From Bigelowiella natans CCMP2755 (Eukaryota; Protista; Cercozoa), in the NCBI GenBank assembly GCA_000320545.1, contig ADNK01001287.1, positions 1-50,268 of the forward strand: 50,268 bases of DNA. The letters are read 5' to 3'. A program made the position numbers and the translations under genes. Below are positions 26,076 to 36,393 of the stretch, piece by piece. Under the pieces are notes generated by a model, which was not told where the DNA came from, did no database searches, and saw only the letters and a list, made by a program, of their open reading frames with translations. Position 1 is the first letter of the stretch. Every line of letters starts with the position of its first letter.

Positions 26076-28419
26076 TCATGCTGGAAGTAGACATGAATCC
26101 AATGGAGAAAATGGCACCAGAATCTGCACTTCGAGTTTTTTTATTCGAGCAAAGTTGTCATCTTCGTGGTCCACAACATTCCAAATGTGCTCAGTTTGAG
26201 ATATCCATTGTTCACCGTTTGATCTCAAGATTCCGTTCCAGGACAGCACCATTGTGACTCTGTGTGTCTTGTTGGATGTGCTTTCAAAGTTGAATGAGTC
26301 GATGATGTGGGTGCTTGCTCTCACAAGGTCTGCAGGACCTCGAAGCCAAGCCTCAAACCCCTCGAAAGTCTTGATGTTGGTGCCGCTCATCAACAAAGAG
26401 AAGTTCTGCGCCAATATTTCACGTGCAGGTTCGGCATCACGCTTTGGATCCTCAACAATGCGAAACCACTCATGAGCAAGGGCCTTGAGACGATCTTCCA
26501 CTGCAATCTGCACCTTGCTAATGTTTGATGGTGCATTGAGCCTAGCTGCATTTGCCAAGCTTGAGTGGGCTCCAGAGAGTGCTTCGTGACGTATGTAGCC
26601 ATTTACGATTTCTACTTCAAATTTGGGGTCCACCCAGCTCCCTGGGTTTGCAAAGAGATGCCGAATGTAAGGTATTGTGCTTCGTTGCTGCGTCGTGTAC
26701 ATCGACTCAACTTGCTCCTCCCAGAAATTTCCCTTATGCAACTGATACTTGAAACCAACTCCGCATCCCATCCCGGGAACCTTGCTTCTAGTTCTCGTCA
26801 CAACTCCCTTGTAGCCTGGAAGTGCAGGAGATCCAGGTAGAAGCTGGTATCCAAACTCGTCATGTTTGACATAGAGGAGCTTCTGCACCAAGACCTCGCC
26901 ATCCACCATTGTGAGGTTTCGAATCTTCGGGTTTTGCGGGTCGGTCGACACGTAGAGGCAGTCTTGTATCCATGAGCAGTCATTCTCAAAGTTCGTGATG
27001 ACGCTCCAAACCTGTCGGCAGGACGATTTCACGTCGACGAAGAATCCAACGTGGACCTCATCATGGCAGGAGCTTGGTGCAGGTTTTCGGTATCCAGCGG
27101 CCTGCATCGATCCGTTGATGATATCTCCCATCGGACCTGAGAATCATAAGTTTAGTTTTCAAATTGGCATGCGCAGGTGGTGCTGCAGCTGACACAAACT
27201 ACTATGTAGGTGACTGACCATCTTTACGAAAGACTTGAGAAGGAAGACCGCCCTCCACCCAAGCTTCATAATCTTTCTCTGAGGCCCACTCTTCAAAGAT
27301 ATTGTATTGGGTTGGATTGGAAATGCTTTTAGTCAGCTCATACTTCTTGTTTCCTCGTGCCGAGGTGCCGTTCTCGATAAGTTTATAGTGTGCGATCCGA
27401 TCCTGGAAAGCCCGTCCGAAACCATCGTAGACATTCACGGAAGTTGTGCGAAAAACAGTCGGGTTCTGCTTGCAAAACTTGTCGGAGGGGCACGGACTGA
27501 GGATATAATTTGGAATGACAACCAGAGGAATCAACCCAAGAAAGAAGCTAATGAACAAATATTTCTCTGGTCTCTGGAGAACATCAGCATTTTCCAAGGT
27601 GTTGGCTTCGTCTCTTGAGACCCTTCGCTTAGCCATGTCTCTATCTTGCTGGATCCTTTTCTTATTGTCGAATTCGACGCTCCAAATCAGGTACAGGATG
27701 TGGGTGATAGGAGTGCTAACATAAATGAGAAATTCGAGACCGAATGTTGTCACCCACGAGATTTCCCCCACAAAAAAGTTGGCGAAGATGAGTGGGAGGA
27801 TAGTAAACACAAAGTGGATGGAGTGAGCCAGTGCTGGAAGCCTATAAAGCTGTCTATTTTCGTAGATCCACTTCCGGAGAAACATGAGCGGTAATCCCAA
27901 GTCTAACATCACTCCACAGCTTTGCTCAAGTAGGGTTACTGCTTTGAGGTCTGGAACTAGGGAGACAAGACTAATGATCACCAGGATGAACGCAGTCGCT
28001 AGAACGACGTACTTCCTCTGTTTTCTCACGGTGTTGAACGAAAGCTGAATGACGATGCACCATTCGAAGAAGTTGTGCATTGCTGCTCCTATGAACAGGG
28101 GCCGGGAGAGCATCCACACCGATCGACACAGTGCGAAAGACGAAGTGAGAATCGCGTAGAATGATGAAGTGAGAACCATGGACTGTCCCCAGATCTCTCT
28201 TGCGCCATTGTAGTAAAAGAAAAGATTTGCGAAGCCGATCACGATCAGGCAAACAAACACAATAGCGTGCCCGAGAATGATTCCTTTCCCGAAGGGAGAA
28301 TCGGCTTTGTACGCCTCATAGCAGTCCGTGGAATAGCCGAAGCCTGAGCACACGGTCTCTTTGAGAGGAACAACGCAGAGAGGCGGAGGTGGAAATATAG
28401 GGGCTTCAGTCATCGACAT
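26076..28419 (-). CDS. Multidomain membrane protein: about 8 TM helices + ABM (dimeric alpha/beta barrel) + SRPBCC/polyketide-cyclase + SnoaL/NTF2-like domain
   Basis: The 435-aa and 351-aa ORFs join through one GT-AG intron at 27137-27218 (RKD-G-PMGD). ABM pattern GNKKYELTKSISNPTQYNIFEEWASEKDYEAW. SRPBCC pattern VWSVITNF..W..C..RNLTMVDGEVLVQKLL. C-terminal NTF2-like alpha+beta domain. An upstream start at 28509 is also possible. Confidence 0.75.
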
Positions 28420-28699
28420 GGAAGTATGGCTTCGTTCTGGTTTTGAGTTGCTATTTCGTTTGGATTTTGGTGGACTGTGGCCGGTTGCAAAGATGGCTTG
28501 GTAGCCCAAAATGCCGGCAATTCGCCGAAAACCACTTGACTCATCCCAGCAACGCCCGGCGTCTGTGCGCGGTGTCAGATCCCTGGACTCTCCGGACGAG
28601 CGTCACCCCGGTCGCGTCAGAATGTTCTGGACTCCCGAGTTAGCACTATCCTCCCCCCTTTCTTGGCCCCTGCGACTCGACATCGCGACAAGCATAATT

Positions 28700-30790
28700 T
28701 CCATGGCGCAACCGCAAATCGGATGAAACCGAGGCACTTCGGGAAGGTTTTCGGAACGAGGACGCCGGTCCTCGGCCCGACGCTTTCCTGACTCCCTGGC
28801 GCGGGTGGCGTGCGCCCTTGCATTCTGCCCGTTCCCATGCGTTCTGGACGTGCGACAACCCAGAGGGCGTGCAAATCGCATTCGCTGGCTTTTGGGGTCG
28901 TCGGTGGACGATTCGAGGAAGAATTTGCCTGCAATGCCCATTTGCACAAAAGCAAGCAAATGTCCAGTCCAAATCTAGAAATGCCGTGACCGGCAAGTTG
29001 AGTGTGTGTGAAACATCCTTTCATTTTCCTTCCTTGGTAATCGACGTTGTTGTTTGAAGAGGAAACAGTGGGTGAGCATTGGCACTGCCTAATTTCTAAT
29101 CATCCTTGTGGCTACACTTTGCTTCATTCACATTCGTACATCCGTTCATTCAGGCGGGGACGGTGCAGTGCCTTTTGTGCATTGACATCGGTGTTTGTTT
29201 TGACATCCACAACTCCCTTTGGGATCATCAAACGCAAGTCATTCTTTTGCGTGCTCTGAGTGCTGCTATCTGCTGTCATCTGAAAGATCATCGCTCAAAT
29301 GAACACACTGTTCACATTTTTTTTCCTTCAGGCAAGCACTGCCATGGAATTTCATGTCTGCCATCTGCACTCATAATTTCGCGTCCATCCCTCTCTTCTG
29401 TGGCATTTGATCACAATGTCACAGCCTGCACAACTGCAGGACAAAGTGACAGCGACTGCACAAAGCCAAAGAAACGAAAAGCTTCATCTACACTGTGTCA
29501 TTTAACAACAAAGTCGCAGAACACAGAACAACCACGCACGCATGTGCACTTTCCAGCTTTGCAACATCTAGTACAAACAGCAACGCAACGAGTTTTGCTT
29601 CCACTCTGCGTTATCATTGCATAGAATTTCATGTTTGTGCGCAACATACATGCCTGATCATTGTACGCATCATGTAAAAACATGCTCTTGCTTCTCACCT
29701 GAGATTGCAAAAGAAGCGAAGGTTTTTGTTAAGGTTGTGTTATTCCAGACACCTTGTACCGCTAAACGTCAGACTGAAATTTTACAAATCATGGTTCCTT
29801 GCATCCAGCAGATACGCTGCTCCAATATGGAGATCACGAAGAAACATACGAATAAAACAGATGGATTCCATGGAATCCCAAACCCTGAAACGTATATTGG
29901 GATTACCTGGATCCATCTCCAACGACGTCCCCCACGTCCTCACTGGCACGTTGCCACCCCGACATCAAACTAAAGTGCAGTGTGCTAAATCATGGTTGCG
30001 CACTAACGCATGGATCGACACAGGCAGCGGTCCTCAAATCCATGAGGGAATAAATGATTGGAGCAGTTATGGCTTCATCATTGAAAATCGAAAAGTGTCA
30101 GATGGCACATCGTGGATTGATGTGCCCACACACACGTGGAACAAAGCATCCTTGTTTCGACGGCTCAAATCGATCACTGACGACTTGTTAGGTGACGAAT
30201 TGCCCACCGTTTTGGCGACAACAGAGGCGCTGAAAAAAGAACTGAAAAAACATCACAAGGTGATGAAATCTTGTGCTTTCAACGAATTCGAAGAGGAATG
30301 GTCCAATGATTCATTGCGCGCTGTGCATCTCAAGAATCTTGGTTTCCTCCCGTCATCTTCGATCACCGGCATCAAACTGAAACTTCCAAGTGTTGCTACA
30401 TCATGGATGCGCGCCATCTGTGGTGTCGGCAATCTTGGCAAATTCATGCTGTCACGTGGACAATGCACAGAGGAAGATGCCACGTGCGATGCATGTGGCA
30501 TCCTGAAGGACATGGATCATCTCCTGCAATGTCCAACACATGGTCGAGAACAAATCAGATTGTGCAATCAAATGCGCGCGATCATGAATCGCAATGACGA
30601 CACGAACCGGTTGACAAAGGCTGAAATTGAATCCAGAACTGCTGCGCGCAGTGCGCGGCAACATCGGTCGCATGAGGACGCTTTCAAATGCATGAAACAC
30701 ATTGTGGCAGAAACCAACAGATGCAACATTAGCGCTGTAGCCGCTGCATTGCACAGCTACATCAGGATGACCATTGAAAAAATTTAATTC
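28700..30790 (+). mobile_element. Degenerate, 5'-truncated non-LTR (LINE) retrotransposon: RT remnant, thumb domain, CCHC zinc knuckle
   Basis: VLGPTL (remnant of GSVLGPxLF) at about 28768 and LCVII (remnant of YLGV) at about 29604. ORF 29705-30787 has RLKFYKS..YAAPIW..MESQTLKRILGLP and CDACG..DMDHLLQCP. The upstream part has frameshifts and stops. Confidence 0.85.
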
Positions 30791-30972
30791 TTCATTACAT
30801 CCGTCTCACATATTTAATTTTTAGTTCCAACATAAGGTAAAGTATGTGCAAGTTACGATGTCACGATGATAGCCTGGGCTTACAACGCACTTGTACAACG
30901 TATAGTGTACAGCAGATAATACGGGCACTGCCGAGCCCTGATTGAGGGAAGTCTAAAACGCACCACAGCTCT

Positions 30973-32596
30973 CTATTCGCCACCATTTCGTATGCGCGCC
31001 CATATAACTGGAAGATTGATTCGAAACTCCTCCACACCTAAAGCGCTCCCTGGTCGCATGGGATCCCAGCTGTACCATCATGATTAGAGGAAGAATCGTG
31101 TTGAGCAAATGCCGTCGTGTACGTTTTTAAGGTGCGCAATGTGAAAATCTCTCCCACGCACACGTAAATCCATGCATGAGGTGCATATGTTGGTGATACC
31201 TGGCCGAGAGCGCTCCATATGAGATTCCAAGCAGACCACCTCCGATGAAGAACACCTGAGATGTAGTGAAGCAGTTTTACGCATGCGTTGTCCGTTTCTC
31301 GACGATATGGTCGTTGCTTTCGGCGGCGGACGAATTCCTCTCCCCCTCCATTCAATGAAGACAAAAGCTGATTCAAAATTCATTGGCATTGTGTCGTGAG
31401 AATTGTGATCGACCTGAGACAAGTACACTCCCCACATCGGAATCTCGATGCCTTTTGTTACCTAGATGAAGAAAAGAAAGGAAAATATTTTAGGCTAGGG
31501 TGAGATTTAAAAACACACAAACACAAACGCATGTACATTATTCTTTTTAAAAATCTAATGGCACCAGCATGAATAGGATGCTCGCCAATTTGTTCGAAGA
31601 GACGCGCATCAAAGCGGTTGTAGCTATAATCACCCAGCTTAAATCCGATCCCTCCGCTCTATAATCTACTCTCATCATGACTGCATGACAGTGCGGACAG
31701 AATGCATTCGGGTGGGGAAAGGAAATGTGTGCGCACCCGGAGGACATAGAATAGGGGAAGTAGGAGTATTCCTGAGAAGGTCGGCACGCCAGCGAAAGCA
31801 AGAATTCGGTAGAGGATGCGAGTGCTCACCTAGTCAACGTGAAAGATTGTGAATTCGTATGTGCGTGTGTGCGCCTCTGACCCAACAGCCTGTGTTGTCA
31901 TCCAGTAATTACCAGCTCTGCAGCTGCCGATCGCTGCGTCGAGGATTCAACGACCTGGGTTCCTATTTCACAGGAAATGACGAGAAGAGGTGAGAATGTT
32001 TGTAAGGGCATTGCCTTTCCTAAACTCTTTCACCCCTCTCTCCTAGTAGCAAAGTACTTGTCATTTGATTCCTGGACTCCATCTCTTCCATCGCAGCTTT
32101 GATCTCCTCGGCAGACATTGTGTCCGGGTTGCCGTATTTTTTACGCTTACTCGAGGTCTAATATGGCATACCGCGTTTGCTTCGTCAGAGGTGTCAAATG
32201 TTGTGGCGAAAGTTCAAGAATTCATTCGTTGCTATTGGTGGCGATGATGATGACGACGATAACAACGATGGTAGCGACCTTGGAATCTGTTTTTGGCTCC
32301 TCTCCAAACCCCTTAAAATCATTGTTGGCTGCGCGCACAGAGAGGATCTCAGTCAGTCTTGGAGGTGCGGAGAGAAATGGAGACCGTGAAGTAGAGGAGG
32401 GCTGTTGCTGCTGCTGCTGCTGCTGTCGCCGTACCATCGGCGTACGGCATAGAGTATATGATTGTCTCGTGGTAATAGTGCGTCTCAGCGCGGAGCGAGG
32501 AGAGAAGGAAGCGGACAAAAGACAGGCGCAGGATGCCAGGACCACCACGATGATTACAGCCACGGGTGCCCTCGAAGTACGCGTTGCCCACGTCAT
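30973..32596 (-). CDS. PAM68: PAM68-like photosystem II assembly factor with a bipartite (signal + transit) plastid-targeting leader
   Basis: Spliced VSTRILYRILAFAGVPTFSGILLLPLFYVLR|VTKGIEIPMWGVYLSQ|VFFIGGGLLGISYGALSA|SWDPMRPGSALGVEEFRINLP, plus a KGFG motif. Hydrophobic signal followed by an S/R/T-rich transit peptide. Confidence 0.88.
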
Positions 32597-33293
32597 CTTT
32601 CGAACGTGGGTAAGAGCAGTGGGGAATTGGCTAGAGCTCCGATTCTAGAGTGTTCATTTTGAAATGCAAGATGTTATTTACAGTAAGGAATTCTCAGGAT
32701 GTTGGACCTCTTCTCATGTTGTTTTACCACCCCCTCTCCCTTGAATTAAGGACCCCTCCCCCGCGACAAAGATGGAAAACACCGGGATGCAAAGCTCAAT
32801 CAAAACGCCTTTTTCGTGAGGCTGTGGAGGTAAGGGTATGTTTGGCCTACACCTACCGGTCACGAAGCCACGGATGGAGAGGAGGCGAGGGGGGATACCT
32901 GGGCTCTTTTCGATCTCTTTCTCGGATTCACAAGTTTTTAAGCGAAAAAGAGCGCAAATTCCCTGCATTCCGGCACGTAATTCCAGCCGTTGATGTCCAA
33001 AATTAAGAGCTACATCTGTGGTCAAAGGCATCAAGCGTAATGATTAACCAAATTGGCCAGTATTCTCTCTTGCGACAGGGCCTTCGGTAAACATCAGTCC
33101 GAAAATCTAGGCAGATCTATTATTTTTCAGAATACTTTGATATAATATATTGCGACACGAATAAAGCGGGATTTCAATCCAGAAATGCCAACAGACGACA
33201 CCGGAGCCCCGGTAGAGGAGTACCAAAAACATGGGTATTTTGGTATGCGACATGCAAAAATGCCCCAATATATACAATATTTCTCCTGCCGTC

Positions 33294-35032
33294 ATGGTTC
33301 ACCGTGTCGCCACAGTTGCCAGGATGGGGTTTGTTGCGCTTCTCTTCGGGCTTGGCCTCCTCCCATTGGCTGCAAACGCGGCAGAACTCGACCTGCCCTT
33401 TCCCCTTGCATGTAGATTCGGTGGTTCCTGTGGGGTTCAAAACCCGTCGGCGAAGTTCCAGAGATATCGACGTGCCGACTACAATCGCACGAGCACTTTC
33501 TACCAGTGGTACTACTTCTACATCCAAGAGCGCGGTGGAGCTTCGGATGGAAGCAGTCTAGCATTGGCCTATTCTCTGAGCCTTACGGGCGGTGACGAAA
33601 ATGAGGGAGCCTATGTGTACATGGGTCGGGTCCCTAAGAACCCGACTGACGAGCTCTCTTTCTTCGTCGCAGAGAAATATCCTCCTGAGGCCTGGCAGCT
33701 GAGCGAGGACGAGGACGGTGCAATCGAACTCAAAATCTCATATGATGGGGATGGCGAGAGATCGTCAGCACCATCATCCTCTCCCTCTTCATTCAGTTTG
33801 AGCATCGACGCAACGGGCGATAACATACGACTCATCGGCAAAATGGCAGACTTCAAGCGACGCTGGAAGACTCCTGGGTGGGTCAACGTCACGCTCGACT
33901 GGGATTTTACGGTACCATATGATCTTTCACATCCATAACTGTTCTCTTAAACTTATTATCTAATGCGGTACACGGGCGCTCGATTCTCAAAAGGTGTCTC
34001 GAATCTACGGTTGGTACGGGCAGGACGCCATCGAAAAGATGAATGATTTCTCAAAGCAAGGTGGTGAAAAAATCGTAGGTCATTTATGGCCATCCTGTTG
34101 CATAAACACACGAAAACTGAAAGTAAAAAGAGAGCACAGAGTGGCCGATTCACAATCAAAATGGCGATTTTGCATGTATCTGACCTCAGGAATCATCCAG
34201 TGGAATACGCACTCCCACTGCTCTCGAGTCACTGGCGAGGCCAAGATCCAACAACCTCAGGGCACCATCAGCGGTGGCGGCAGTAAAGAACCTATCGTGT
34301 TTTTCTCAAACGACGATCCCATGAGTACTAAGCACAGGGCGTATGGAGATATGAACTGGGGAGAGCATTTTCCGGTGGGGCCGAAGGGCAGTAATGACCC
34401 TAAAACGTACAATTGGGGTTGGTACTACGTGGGGGTGGCCTCCGAGGATCCGGCGCAAGAGCTTTCTTTCATCGCTGGTGTGGGCACAGTGTTTACCGGC
34501 GGCTTGCTTGGAACGGGAGCGGGGCGCTTTGCAGATTTCCGGTAACCTATTTAGAGAGTTTTGAATAGCAATGTAGCATTTTACTGGTGTCCTTACTTCC
34601 CTATCCCATCGCAGTTTTGGCGCAAATGAGAGTGTGGACATGATTCGAGTGGGGGCGACGATTAAGCATGCTGAACCGCGCATATTCTGGGATGGGAGCA
34701 GTGATAACGGCAAGAATAATAAAGGAGGGGGCATCCTTGCCTTTGACGTCGAGCGGAGTCAGTGGAGCAACTTCACGGATAGTATGGGATCCGCCATGAT
34801 ACCGATGAGGCAGATATTGACTGCGCGCACGGAAAAGCACCTTGTTGTCATGGACTTCCGAAGCACAATGGCGAACTACAAAAGGCTTGTGTTCCCCACA
34901 CGCGGGATGTTCTTCTCGGACTTCGAAGCGCTCGGCGTAGAGGTACACGTGACTATCAGCAGGGACGGCGGTAAGAGCAATCAAACTTTCGTAGCCTACA
35001 ACGGAGGGCTCGAATTCGGCTACAAGGTGTGA
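33294..35032 (+). CDS. Tocopherol cyclase (VTE1)-like beta-barrel protein with signal peptide
   Basis: FYQWYYFYI (cf. FEGWY), YGWYG, WNTHS and YGDMNWGEHFP..WGW (cf. YxEKNWGxxFP..WxW). Cleavable leader MGFVALLFGLGLLPLAANA. Four exons. Confidence 0.65.
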
Positions 35033-35859
35033 TGATCGATGCACACGCACGTAATAATGTGGCTGGATAGATGGGACATTAGCGATCTGCGCTAGGCTTC
35101 ATCGTCGCCATGATGCTACCGTGACTGTTTTTGAAATTTTGCGCATCACCACGAATATCGTACTGTTATTGAGACTCGAGGTGTTAGTCGACATGACACC
35201 TCATTGCGCTGCTGGGGGCTATACGTTGCATGACGATGAAACTGGCTATGACGTCGTCGAACCGTACGTACATGACGCTCGTGATTGTCATCGTCATTGT
35301 ATATGCTGTTCCACAATGATGCGGATGCAATGTACATAGCAAAGCTTGTGCTATGTCTATATAGATATCTACGGTTCGATAGCAACTTAGACTCACTAGT
35401 CTAGTAGTGCTCAAAATTCCACATACACCCTGGCTTGTCAGTTTTGGCGCTACATACAAGGCAATGATTCGCAAAATAAACGGTGTATGCTGTGTGCACT
35501 CTTGCACTCTCATATGCACTTCTAGACTTGAAATCATCGCTCAGAACGTCATAACAAGGCCAGTGCGTATATGCGCACTAGCAGACGCTAGACGCAATGC
35601 CAGAATGGCGGAAAACATGCAACATAGCCACGCGCACATTGTTGGCGCAGAAGCTTCATGTGTCTGCTATCAATGCCCTCAAAACAAATGAGCACATGAA
35701 TGCATGTAGTGCCATAGAGACAAAGTCTCCAATGCAGCAACTGTAATTATTGCAACAGCAGCATGCGATCGACAGCAACGCGCACAAAGCTATGCGAGAG
35801 TGCAATGAAGGCGACTCTTCGAGCAACGGTGCCGGCAGCACATGCAACAAAAAGTAATA

Positions 35860-35944
35860 AGATAGTGACAGGATTTGAACCTGCTAGGGCTGAGCCCCCA
35901 CCGGTGTTCTAAGCCGGGCTGCATACCAAATGCAGTTCACTACC
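35860..35944 (-). tRNA. Atypical long-variable-arm tRNA, Ser(AGA)-like or Leu(TAG)-like, copy 1
   Basis: Acceptor GGTAGTG/CACTATC, 6-bp D stem CTGCAT/ATGCAG, anticodon arm CCGG-CTTAGAACA-CCGG, variable arm GGGC-TCA-GCCC, T arm GCAGG-TTCAAAT-CCTGT. Confidence 0.7.
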
Positions 35945-35969
35945 AGAATGATGCTAATGCGTATAGCTG

Positions 35970-36043
35970 CGACTCTACTCGGATTTGAACCGAGGTCTCC
36001 CCGTAGACAGCGGGGTATCCGTGACCAACTGGACCATAGAGCC
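35970..36043 (-). tRNA. tRNA-Asp (GTC), copy 1
   Basis: Acceptor GGCTCTA/TAGAGTC with G73, anticodon arm CCCCG-CTGTCTA-CGGGG, T arm CTCGG-TTCAAAT-CCGAG. Confidence 0.85.
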
Positions 36044-36056
36044 AGGGGGGGTGCAT

Positions 36057-36128
36057 GGAGAACGGCAGGACTCGAACCTACAACCTCCAGATTTGGAGTC
36101 TGTTGCACTACCATTGTGCTACGTTCTC
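36057..36128 (-). tRNA. tRNA-Trp (CCA)
   Basis: Acceptor GAGAACG/CGTTCTC, D arm GCAC-AATGGTA-GTGC, anticodon loop CT-CCA-AA, T arm GTAGG-TTCGAGT-CCTGC. Confidence 0.88.
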
Positions 36129-36133
36129 TGACG

Positions 36134-36218
36134 AGATAGTGACAGGATTTGAACCTGCTAGGGCTGAGCCCCCACCGGTGTTCTAAGCCGGGCTGCATAC
36201 CAAATGCAGTTCACTACC
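36134..36218 (-). tRNA. Atypical long-variable-arm tRNA, Ser(AGA)-like or Leu(TAG)-like, copy 2
   Basis: Identical to 35860-35944. Confidence 0.7.
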
Positions 36219-36243
36219 AGAATGATGCTAATGCGTATAGCTG

Positions 36244-36317
36244 CGACTCTACTCGGATTTGAACCGAGGTCTCCCCGTAGACAGCGGGGTATCCGTGACC
36301 AACTGGACCATAGAGCC
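36244..36317 (-). tRNA. tRNA-Asp (GTC), copy 2
   Basis: Identical to 35970-36043. Confidence 0.85.
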
Positions 36318-36321
36318 AAGG

Positions 36322-36393
36322 GGGGGCATCCTGGAATCGAACCAGGGTCAACGAGCTCCGAACTCGCGATGATAACCACTACACCAATGCCCC
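36322..36393 (-). tRNA. tRNA-Pro (CGG)
   Basis: Acceptor GGGGCAT/ATGCCCC with C73, anticodon arm GCGAG-TTCGGAG-CTCGT, T arm CCTGG-TTCGATT-CCAGG. Confidence 0.85.

Larger units (their letters stand above)
35860..36318. repeat. About 185-bp identical direct repeat (35860-36044 and 36134-36318) duplicating the Asp + atypical tRNA pair
   Basis: The copies are base-for-base identical at an offset of 274 nt, including the 25-nt spacer. Confidence 0.92.

Noticed and set aside
29941-30720. CpG methylation-deamination or fungal RIP as the cause of the CA/TG excess
   Set aside because: CpG is retained and TpA is lost, whereas RIP would increase TpA.
35860-35944. tRNA-Sec
   Set aside because: The 6-bp D stem is Sec-like, but there is no TCA in the anticodon loop (TCA occurs only in the variable-arm loop), the fold is 7/5 rather than 9/4, and position 73 is U.
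35970-36043. Amber suppressor, because the loop contains CTA
   Set aside because: In the 7-nt loop CTGTCTA the central triplet is GTC. G73 also fits Asp.
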